A stretch of 30,116 nt of DNA from a virus (lineage: Duplodnaviria; Caudoviricetes). A program made the translations under genes and the position numbers. The first letter of the stretch is position 1, and each line of letters starts with the position of its first letter. The notes under the pieces were generated by a model. It had not been told where the DNA came from and ran no database searches. It worked only from the letters and a program-made list of their open reading frames with translations. Location of the stretch: the IMG/VR virus record IMGVR_UViG_3300031519_000146, positions 1-30,116 of that record; one strand, given 5' to 3'. Shown piece by piece: positions 17,058 through 25,985 of the stretch.

Positions 17058-20000
17058 TTATACTGTTGAGAAGTTGCCTAATGTTACATTGCTAGGGTGC
17101 TCTCCACTAGTCCAATTAAGATTTGTTTTTTGGTCTGCATTTAGAGAGAAATTCGCAGCATTGCCAGCACTAACTACTAGGTCAACATTCCAACCACTAA
17201 TATTTTGATTAAATGCATCTGCTTCTTCAAACATTCTCTCAAGACGGCTACAGGATGACATGTCCCAACCACTAATATCTTGGTTAAAGGCCGAAGCACC
17301 TTCAAACATATTATAAGCTTCTGTAACTGCGCCCATATCCCAACCTGTTGGAATGGTTCCATTGAAAGTTGTGCATCCTTTGAATACATTCGGCGTTCTG
17401 GCCATATTAGTAGTAATCCATGTTCCTGTAAAGTTACAGTTCATGGCCGCGCAGTCTGTAAACAAGCCAAGGGCTCCGAATGTCGAAATACTAGCAGTCA
17501 TATCACAGTTATTATTTACACCAGCGGATGACCCATTATTCCAGGAGGAGCACCCGGAAAACATACCGGTAAAGCTAGTTTCACCAATAGTGGCCATATC
17601 CCACCCATTAATAGAAAAGTTTAAATTTGAGCAGTTTTGGAACATGTTAGCATATCCTGCAAATGAGACTGCTTCGTAGATGCCCTGCCCTGGAGTAGTT
17701 CCCCAAGAACTAATGTCTTCAGTTAAATTAGTATTCGCGAACATATTTGACATGTTGATACCACCGCTATTATTACTAAAGGCCCAGCTGGATAGGCCGG
17801 ACCCTGTAAAAATACTACAGTTGCTAAACATATTTTGCATATTCGAGACTTTGTTACCTGTAAAAGTCCAGCTCAAGGGTTGATTTCCGTTATTGAATAG
17901 GGAATTACCCGAGAACATGGAATTAAGCCCAGTAACATTAGTCATATCCCAACCGCTAATATCATAGTTCATGTTACTACAATTTTGGAACATCTGAGTA
18001 CAGGAGAACCCACTACCAGTTTGAGTACTAGTGTCTATAGTTAGTTTGGGGTTTGTGAGAAGAGTGTTGCTCCTGAACATATTATCAGCTCCAGAAGTAT
18101 TCGTAGGAGCGCTCCAAGCATTCTCAAAAGAGACCAAAGAACTCTGCCCATCAAACGCGCTTACTAAGCTTCCTGCCGAGTTGGTTTCGCCTACACCCCA
18201 CTGTGATAGATTAATAGTACCGCTCACAGTAGAAAAAGTAGAGTCACCACCAAAATTCGTGTTCATAAAGTTAAGAAGAGTAGTAGGCTTAAAGTCAGTA
18301 GCAAAACCTACCGTAGTAATTTTCTCTCTATCGTCTGAAAAGAGTACAGCTCCAGCGCCTGTAATATCTATGTTATAAGTACCTGATACAGAATAAGTGT
18401 GAGTGATATCGCCTGTAGGAGTATCTGAATTTCCATCGCCCCAGTCTATAGTGATCGGATCACTAAGTGTAGGATCAGCGGAACTTACTTGTACACGGAA
18501 ATTGCTTGCGCCACTAGTACCTGCAACAGTAGTATCAACGGTTATACCTAGTCCTACAAAAGGAGATACTCCCCAGTTTGGTTTATTTACATTTTGTAGA
18601 GGGGCTCCCGTAGAAAAATCTAATGGTTCGGATGGAATGTTTTCTACATTCCATCCGGTAATGTTTTGATCAAAAACGATAGCATCTTGAAACATACTAA
18701 CCATGTTTGTGGCTGCAGCCGTGTTCCAAGTAGATAACGCTTGATTGAATGAATACGCCCCTTTAAACATAGAGCTATAATCACTAATATTTGCAGTAGA
18801 CAGGCTACTAATACTAGGATCATTAAACGAGGAGGCACCTTCTAAAAAGCTTTGTAAACTAGTTTCTGCTGCAGGCAAAGTAGTAAATAATGCCGAGTTA
18901 AAGTTCTTAGCGTTTTTAAACATAGAAGTTAGGCTATTTGCAGACTGGATATTGTTAGTCCAAGTCGCAACACTGAAGTTCATAGAACAATTTTCAAATA
19001 GACTTAAAAACTGTGATGCGCTCGAAGTGTTCCAACTAGAAAGATCTGCTGAGAAAGAAGTACAATCTTTAAACATATTAGTAATACTTACTACTGTAGA
19101 CATGTCCCATTCTTCTATTCCTATGCCTGTAAAAGAACTACAGCCCTCAAACATACTAAAAGTTTGAGTAACCCCATTTAAGTTCCATTTATTGTTTACA
19201 TATCTAAGAGAGCTGCACCCCTTAAACATATCCGGCATCTGACTGGCTCCTGACCAATCTACATTACCGTAAGAATTCACATACTCCAGTCGAGTATACC
19301 CTTTAAACATGGAATAGGAACTTTCAGGAGTATATGCCGACCCCCAATTCTCTACAGAAATGACTTTGTCGTCTCCATCTTGCAAAATGCTTTGGTTTGC
19401 TCGAATGGCTCCAGTACCAGTGATTTTTACTGTGTATACTCCAGGAATAGAATAAATATGTGTCGCGTATGAACTGCTAGAAGGGGTACTGCTTGTTCCG
19501 TCACCCCAATCTACATTTATAGGGTCTCCGCCGTTACTGCCACTAACGTAAAATCTCCACGACCCCTCTCCAGTTTGATCAGAAATAAAAGTATTAACTC
19601 TAAGTACTAAAGCTTCTTCTGGTGGATTTATTCTATGTACTGAGACAGCTCCTGTTGTATTTGGAAAGGCTGCTGTATAGTCATATGAGGGATACGCCCA
19701 TATTACGTGAGTAGAGTTTATAGCAGAAAAAAGTCCATTAGTTGTGCTTTGAGCAGTATCTGAATAGCTTCCAACTATTTTATTTGTAAATACGTCATAA
19801 AGTCTTGCATTTGCATCACCGCCAAATGATGCAGACTGTTTAGTGGGGAAATATCTTCCAAGAAGAGGTGGATCATTCTCTGGTCGATGGTCATTGGCGG
19901 CCTGATTCACACTTTGTATGTTTCGACTCTCTACATAAGGTCGTAAGTCCCTCCAAGTTCCTGAGTCAGATGTCCATACTATACCCTTATCGTCCCCAAG

Positions 20001-23000
20001 ATTTAGGCCTTCAGGATTAAATATCAAATAATTTTTATATACTTGTATTTTAGAAGAATTACCTAAATTATCTAAGTTTGTATAATCAGCCCAAGGAGAG
20101 TCATACTCTCCTATTCTCCATATAGTTAGCTGCTCTCCTTGCTCTCCTCTGAAAGCAAAAAGATATCTATCGTTAGCAGTTATAGAATAAATAAAGCTAT
20201 TACCAAAAGAAGCTGTATTTAAGTCCCAGTCTATAGTAGAAATTAAAACACCATTATAGTCTCTCTCGAATATTCTTTTTGGGGTAGCTAATTTTTCGCT
20301 TAAATGCCAAAATCTGTTATTGCCTAAAGCTACTCCACCAGAAAATTGAGAGATTCCATCATTAATTGGAGAAGTTCCTGCTTGATTATCATCTATTTGA
20401 TAGATATTGGTTAAAGTAGCTAAATTATAAATATCTAATCTTCTTACAGTACTCGCGGTAGGTATAAAATTACACTCTACAACAGCGAATAAATCTCCTT
20501 TAATATCCATCCATTGAGTAGTTTGGCCGCTTCCTTGAAAAGATCCTACAAAAGAAAAGGGGCTTGTGCTAGTATCATATACTAAATAGATTGCAGTATT
20601 TAACTGATTTGATCTAGTTACATACCAGTTATCGTTTGCTATTGCTTGACTACCAAATGAGGTGTTAGTAACACTTTGTCCAGGAGAGCCTGGAATTGTT
20701 AAGTAGTACTGAGAAGTCGAAGTAAAATCAACCTCCTCGTCAGTTGTTTTATATGCTTGAACCGCACCAACATCTGTAACAGTAATAGCCGGAGAAGAAA
20801 AAGTAGAGTCTGCTCCGGGATGCCCTGCGAATAAGAAAGGCGGTCGATATGCTAAAGTTTGATAAAATTGGTCGGATGAAGTAGGTACGGGTAGTTTATT
20901 TTCAAAAAGATTAACAAACTGAGAAGCGGCTAAATCATACTCTACGCAAGCTCCTTCGTATCCATTATAAAACGAAATAAATAATTTATTTCCATTAAGT
21001 TCCAGAGTTTGTCCGAAAAATCTATTAGTGTTTGGAGAAAATCCTGCTGGAATAGTAATGGTATCTATTAAAGTTACCGGAGAGGCGGTAATGTCATAAA
21101 TATAAACACTTCCTACATCTGCTACAGCCCCATCAGTTTTTGCAAAAACAGCTAGCTTATTCAAATATAGTGCGACGGACTCCCCAAAATTAGCGGGCTG
21201 AACTACAGGACCATCTATAGTATGTAACAAGTCTCCTGATATACTATATACATATACCTTACCTTGGTTTGTTTGAGCTGAAACGGTTGCATTCGGGGCT
21301 CCGATAGCTATAGTAGTATTATATATTGCTACTGAGGAGCCAAATCCGTCATTCTGAGAAGGTCCAGTAATAGAAGAAATCTCAGAAGGAGCTGTATCAT
21401 CTGGGAGAGAGTAAATGTACGCCTTACCAGCAACAGTTGATCCTGTTTCAAAAGTAACAACAAGTCTTTCGCTATAATCAGAGTAAGCTGAAGCGGTTCC
21501 AAAGTTGTAGGCGGAAGATTCTGGTGCGAAAGTGTAGAAAGTTATAGGGCTAGACTGTAAATCATAAATATACAGAGCCCCTACATTGGAAGACTTTCCG
21601 GGAGCTGTTACAGCTAACTTATTTGCCTTTCTAGAAAAATGTAGGGTGTTACCAAAAATATCAGCAGAAAGTCCTGTAGGGTTTTTGAGAGTAACATCAG
21701 TGTATATTTTATCTGGAGAAGATGCCACTAAAGGTGATACTGTGTTATAGTAAGTATATAATGATACCGCTCCAAACGCCCCTGGAGGACTCAGAGTTGC
21801 TCCAGGGGCGCTTATAGCTAATCTACCGGATTTAAAATCTATGCCCTTTCCAAAACTTGCGGAGGAAGTACCAAAAGGAGTATCAATATTCACATAGTCT
21901 GTAGAAGAAATAGTGTGGTATTGGCCAGGAGGAACTGCAGCACTTGTAGAAGTATCGCTAATATTTAAAAATAATACATTTAGCGGAGTACCCGTCTCGC
22001 TTCCTAGTCTTATATATAATCTTTTAGTTTGTGTTCCTTCTGTAAGAAGATCGGCTTTCGTAGTAATTGAGAAAGTTGCTAAAGCTTCTGTTAATGTACC
22101 AACAGTTACTACCGAACCGCTAATAGAATTAAACTCTAGAGTTGAAGAATCTTCTATTGTCCAGTATAATGTTGTACCTGCTGCTACTTGTTCTGTTTGT
22201 ATACCAATTAAATAAGAAGAATTACTTTCATCAATATTTAAAGTTGTTAATCCAATGTTAGGGGATACTGTAACATCTGTAAATTGATACTTTACCAATC
22301 CTTGAGAGGTATCGTCTACATAAAGAGTAATAGTATCGATAATCGTACCAGACGTACTAGTTTCTCTTAAATTAAGGGTATAGCTTTCCTGACTCTCAGT
22401 AGTAGAATCAGCTAAAGTTTGGATATCAAAAGTCCCTGTGCCTATGCCATCGACTATAGTGACAGGGAAATTGCCAACAACCGCCAGAAAATCGGCAGTA
22501 GTAGCTGACTCTAAAGTCCAATATAAAGTAGTGTCTGTTCTATACTGAGTTTTTACCTTTATTGTTTCCGTACTTCCTTCAGTCATAAATGTTTCAAGAA
22601 TAGGAGTATCTTCAGAGTCTAGTAATTCTGCTGTAGGAATTACTACGGTTAAGTCGATAGCCGAAATCAAATTCGAAATGTCGCCTACAAGATCCTGTGT
22701 GGCTCTTATTCTAAATGAAGTATCCTGAAATATTAATCCAGAGTTTGCCGTTATAGTTTGTTGAGCAGTATTATAGACCGGAAATCTATTAGAGGGATCG
22801 CTGCCAGCGTATGATACAGTTGCTTCGTCATCTACAAACAAAGAAGCATTTTGTGGAGATATAAACCAAGTTATATTTCCCGTAGCTATATTTCTTTTTT
22901 CTATATAAAAATTAAAAGAATCTCCCTCAGGTATAGTAATAGAATCGTATACTTGTCTAGTACTATTATTTGTGGAGACAAAAAGAGCGTCTTCAGGTCC

Positions 23001-25985
23001 AATAGAGTCGTCCGGAATCTCTAAAGTTATAACATCTATTATGCTTCCTGTAACGCTTCCTGTACGAAGATATAAGTTATAGAATAGGCTCTGTCCTGGA
23101 AAAGCGGTTTCGGTAATTCCATCAGGAAGACTAGTCACAGTAAAAGTCCCGCTAGAAGCTGTTGTTGTTCCTGATAGAGTTACATTTCCTGTTAAAGTTG
23201 AGAAATTGGATAAGGTGGGAGTGAGCAAAGATATGATAGGTGCAGATATAGTTGTATCTTTCAAGTTCGCGTTACTAGAAGTAAGAACCTTGTTACCAGA
23301 AACAGCTAGTACCCCTGCGCCCTGACCCGAGGCATTGGCGATATCAATGCTACCGTCAGACGTATCTGAGAGTAGATACCCGCTAAAAGCATCAAAAGGA
23401 TATGCCGTACCACCAACATCTGTTTTAACAGTCACCCATAAGATACCTCCAGAAACTTGAAGTAGCGGATAATAGGTGCTGCCGGTGTCTCCCGATAGGC
23501 CTTGGAAGTAGCTAGGATAAAAAACTTTATTTGAGGCTGTTATACCTTGAGGACCTCTGCTCCATAACCTATAACTAGTCCCCCAATTATTTTGGGTTCG
23601 AATACAATGAATTAAAGGAGTTCTATATAAACCAGGTGAAGCAGCATCCTGTTCAGCGCTTGCCGTGACATAAATATAGTCGCCGTCCAGTAGAAAGTAA
23701 AGCCCAAAATCGTCTCTATTACTGGAACTAGACGGAGCTACGGGACTCCCCTGAGATCCTGGCCCGTATAAATTAATACCGTCTAAAGTGCTTATATAGT
23801 CGAAGCTTCCAGAAGAAATATTAAATATACATACATCCTGATAAAGACTGCTAGTATCTGGCTCAAATCGTGTACCTATAGCGGCGTAATCTCCACTAAT
23901 ACTTACTCGATGCCCAAATACTGTGTCTGTAACGTTGGATCTTCCTATCTGAGTGAAATCGACAACATCCGTATCTGCTACAGTATCTACTATTGCATTT
24001 GTTTGGGTATCCCAAAGCTTGCAAGTTCTATCTAAAAGAGGTATAATAGCGTACCTATCGCCCTCCCAGTATACGCGTTCAGGCTTATCTGGTAGTGAAT
24101 ATGATACAGTCACTGCGTCTGTCCACAAGCCATTAGCAGTAGTAATTTTCCAGAGTTTGGAAACTATTCCTATAGTTACTAGAAGAGTATTTCCTGAAAA
24201 TTGAATACTTTGAATACCCTGTCCTGCGCTAGGAAACGGCGAAGATTCAGACGCGGGCGACTCGCTAAATACGGTTCCTACAAGAGTAGGTGAAGCCTCT
24301 GGAGCAGGAGTATGATCTATACAATATATTTCATACTTCTGATTCGATTGATTAAATGCTCCATAGAAATAGTACGTATCGCCCAACTGACTCCCAGGAT
24401 ATTCGGCACTCCAAGTCGTTCCTGAAAGAGTTTCTAGATCGAAATCAACTGTGTCGGGGTTGCTGGCTCTACTGTAATATATTGCGTTCCCTGGCTCTAA
24501 ACTCCAATAAAGATCTACAGATGAAGGGTCTATTCCTGCAGCTTCTACATTAACTACGGCGGTACTATTTTCGGTTCCAAATACTACAGCAGAAATATCG
24601 TTTCCTGCCCCATCTGTAAATCTGCCCGAGCCTGTATTAATAGTGACTGTGTCCCTTACAGGGCTTATTGATGCATTCTCACTAATATCTAAAGTATACG
24701 TTGTAGAAGTATTATCGTCTATTGACAGTACACTAAAACTTCCTGTTTTTCTAGCAGGAGATCCTGCTTCAGGAGTTAAGGGTACAGTACCTTGATCAGC
24801 CGAGAACTTTCCGAAACCTGAATTGATTCTCCAATAAGCATTAGAGCTAACCACATTTGTAGAGTCTACAGTTAACGAGCTGCTCTGATTAGTTACAAGA
24901 GTTACTGACTCTTGGGCAATGTCTATCGACGCTGGGGGCGTAGAAGTATCATTTACCTGAACATTTAAAGTGTCTAGTATAGGCCCACCAACAGAACCGC
25001 TTCTCAGTCTTAGTGTAAAGTTTTCCGTTCCTTCAAGAGTTAGGTCGTTTAATGTTGCTATACTAAATAAGCCAGAATTTAATGTAGAGGTTCCAGAAGT
25101 AGCAACAGTACCAGAAACAGATAAAAAATCAGCTGTACTTGCTGACGCTAATTCCCAATAATACGTGGCTGGAGGAGTATTAGTGCCTTCAACATATACG
25201 GTCGCTATAGATCCTTCGTTCATAACTATTGAAGTGACGGGGCTAAAGGAAGAGTTAGTAAATTGGACTAAAGAACCAGTAAAAGTTCCTTTCCATTTTA
25301 TCTCTAATTCTTTTACAACAGGCCCGTTGCTAGAACCCGTACGAAGCTGAAGTTGGTAGTAGAGGGCTTCTTCTGCTCCCACTCCAGCGGTGATCGATCC
25401 AGTTGTGACTCCAGAAGAAACAGTATTAGAAGCTGTAGTTACTCCTATTCTAAGACCCTGACTCGGTTGGGGATTATTTAGCACAAAAAATAAATTTGTT
25501 CCGTCGGGAACATTTTTAGTAGAAACTGGTAGAGTAAGACTGTCTCCTTCGAAGATTTCTATCTGTTGTACTTCAGACCCAAAGCCATCTGTAAATAAAT
25601 ATTCTAAATTTTGTTGTTCGTAAACTCGTAGAAACTCACAAGTTAAACTATAAATTTCTTCGTTAAAGTATTGTACTGAGTAAGGCTCAGCAACTACTAA
25701 AATATCTAGTTCTCCGCCTACTTCATTGTCGTTAGGAAGAGTAAAAGTAAAGGCCTCGACTCTCTTCTTTTGGTCTAAAAAGTTAATAATTGCTTGAATT
25801 TCTTCCGCAGATCTATTAGTAAAAGCTACAGAATACCGCTCCTCTAGATTATTTAATCCGAAAGCAAATCGTTGCTCGTAACCATCTGCAAAAGTGGTCC
25901 CTTTAGTAATAGGCTTTACTGTTTTTGTTACTCCATTATCAGGAGTTCTTTGATTCCCATTACTATCTATAAATCCAATAGTCAT
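17058..25985 (-). CDS. Giant (2975 aa) distal-tail (gpM-like) fusion adhesin: gpM domain, ~7 Ig/Calx-beta-like repeats, ~3 beta-propeller-like regions (one FG-GAP-like), and 2x (PKD + DUF285/BspA-like repeats)
   Basis: aa 1-123 carry FADGYEQR...FTNR...INFL...FTFT...EFLRVY. Repeats follow the pattern EG..LYW..DF..G.F...D..TEG...L.LR.GS..G..DTS. Propeller-like motifs FG.SVA..IAIGAP..G.VYVY; PKD motifs VDWGDG..THxYS..G.Y...ITG; repeated MF..C..FN..IS.W. TAATG coupling with the tape measure gene. Confidence 0.85.
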   Translation of the reverse strand: MTIGFIDSNGNQRTPDNGVTKTVKPITKGTTFADGYEQRFAFGLNNLEERYSVAFTNRSAEEIQAIINFLDQKKRVEAFTFTLPNDNEVGGELDILVVAEPYSVQYFNEEIYSLTCEFLRVYEQQNLEYLFTDGFGSEVQQIEIFEGDSLTLPVSTKNVPDGTNLFFVLNNPQPSQGLRIGVTTASNTVSSGVTTGSITAGVGAEEALYYQLQLRTGSSNGPVVKELEIKWKGTFTGSLVQFTNSSFSPVTSIVMNEGSIATVYVEGTNTPPATYYWELASASTADFLSVSGTVATSGTSTLNSGLFSIATLNDLTLEGTENFTLRLRSGSVGGPILDTLNVQVNDTSTPPASIDIAQESVTLVTNQSSSLTVDSTNVVSSNAYWRINSGFGKFSADQGTVPLTPEAGSPARKTGSFSVLSIDDNTSTTYTLDISENASISPVRDTVTINTGSGRFTDGAGNDISAVVFGTENSTAVVNVEAAGIDPSSVDLYWSLEPGNAIYYSRASNPDTVDFDLETLSGTTWSAEYPGSQLGDTYYFYGAFNQSNQKYEIYCIDHTPAPEASPTLVGTVFSESPASESSPFPSAGQGIQSIQFSGNTLLVTIGIVSKLWKITTANGLWTDAVTVSYSLPDKPERVYWEGDRYAIIPLLDRTCKLWDTQTNAIVDTVADTDVVDFTQIGRSNVTDTVFGHRVSISGDYAAIGTRFEPDTSSLYQDVCIFNISSGSFDYISTLDGINLYGPGSQGSPVAPSSSSNRDDFGLYFLLDGDYIYVTASAEQDAASPGLYRTPLIHCIRTQNNWGTSYRLWSRGPQGITASNKVFYPSYFQGLSGDTGSTYYPLLQVSGGILWVTVKTDVGGTAYPFDAFSGYLLSDTSDGSIDIANASGQGAGVLAVSGNKVLTSSNANLKDTTISAPIISLLTPTLSNFSTLTGNVTLSGTTTASSGTFTVTSLPDGITETAFPGQSLFYNLYLRTGSVTGSIIDVITLEIPDDSIGPEDALFVSTNNSTRQVYDSITIPEGDSFNFYIEKRNIATGNITWFISPQNASLFVDDEATVSYAGSDPSNRFPVYNTAQQTITANSGLIFQDTSFRIRATQDLVGDISNLISAIDLTVVIPTAELLDSEDTPILETFMTEGSTETIKVKTQYRTDTTLYWTLESATTADFLAVVGNFPVTIVDGIGTGTFDIQTLADSTTESQESYTLNLRETSTSGTIIDTITLYVDDTSQGLVKYQFTDVTVSPNIGLTTLNIDESNSSYLIGIQTEQVAAGTTLYWTIEDSSTLEFNSISGSVVTVGTLTEALATFSITTKADLLTEGTQTKRLYIRLGSETGTPLNVLFLNISDTSTSAAVPPGQYHTISSTDYVNIDTPFGTSSASFGKGIDFKSGRLAISAPGATLSPPGAFGAVSLYTYYNTVSPLVASSPDKIYTDVTLKNPTGLSADIFGNTLHFSRKANKLAVTAPGKSSNVGALYIYDLQSSPITFYTFAPESSAYNFGTASAYSDYSERLVVTFETGSTVAGKAYIYSLPDDTAPSEISSITGPSQNDGFGSSVAIYNTTIAIGAPNATVSAQTNQGKVYVYSISGDLLHTIDGPVVQPANFGESVALYLNKLAVFAKTDGAVADVGSVYIYDITASPVTLIDTITIPAGFSPNTNRFFGQTLELNGNKLFISFYNGYEGACVEYDLAASQFVNLFENKLPVPTSSDQFYQTLAYRPPFLFAGHPGADSTFSSPAITVTDVGAVQAYKTTDEEVDFTSTSQYYLTIPGSPGQSVTNTSFGSQAIANDNWYVTRSNQLNTAIYLVYDTSTSPFSFVGSFQGSGQTTQWMDIKGDLFAVVECNFIPTASTVRRLDIYNLATLTNIYQIDDNQAGTSPINDGISQFSGGVALGNNRFWHLSEKLATPKRIFERDYNGVLISTIDWDLNTASFGNSFIYSITANDRYLFAFRGEQGEQLTIWRIGEYDSPWADYTNLDNLGNSSKIQVYKNYLIFNPEGLNLGDDKGIVWTSDSGTWRDLRPYVESRNIQSVNQAANDHRPENDPPLLGRYFPTKQSASFGGDANARLYDVFTNKIVGSYSDTAQSTTNGLFSAINSTHVIWAYPSYDYTAAFPNTTGAVSVHRINPPEEALVLRVNTFISDQTGEGSWRFYVSGSNGGDPINVDWGDGTSSTPSSSSYATHIYSIPGVYTVKITGTGAIRANQSILQDGDDKVISVENWGSAYTPESSYSMFKGYTRLEYVNSYGNVDWSGASQMPDMFKGCSSLRYVNNKWNLNGVTQTFSMFEGCSSFTGIGIEEWDMSTVVSITNMFKDCTSFSADLSSWNTSSASQFLSLFENCSMNFSVATWTNNIQSANSLTSMFKNAKNFNSALFTTLPAAETSLQSFLEGASSFNDPSISSLSTANISDYSSMFKGAYSFNQALSTWNTAAATNMVSMFQDAIVFDQNITGWNVENIPSEPLDFSTGAPLQNVNKPNWGVSPFVGLGITVDTTVAGTSGASNFRVQVSSADPTLSDPITIDWGDGNSDTPTGDITHTYSVSGTYNIDITGAGAVLFSDDREKITTVGFATDFKPTTLLNFMNTNFGGDSTFSTVSGTINLSQWGVGETNSAGSLVSAFDGQSSLVSFENAWSAPTNTSGADNMFRSNTLLTNPKLTIDTSTQTGSGFSCTQMFQNCSNMNYDISGWDMTNVTGLNSMFSGNSLFNNGNQPLSWTFTGNKVSNMQNMFSNCSIFTGSGLSSWAFSNNSGGINMSNMFANTNLTEDISSWGTTPGQGIYEAVSFAGYANMFQNCSNLNFSINGWDMATIGETSFTGMFSGCSSWNNGSSAGVNNNCDMTASISTFGALGLFTDCAAMNCNFTGTWITTNMARTPNVFKGCTTFNGTIPTGWDMGAVTEAYNMFEGASAFNQDISGWDMSSCSRLERMFEEADAFNQNISGWNVDLVVSAGNAANFSLNADQKTNLNWTSGEHPSNVTLGNFSTV

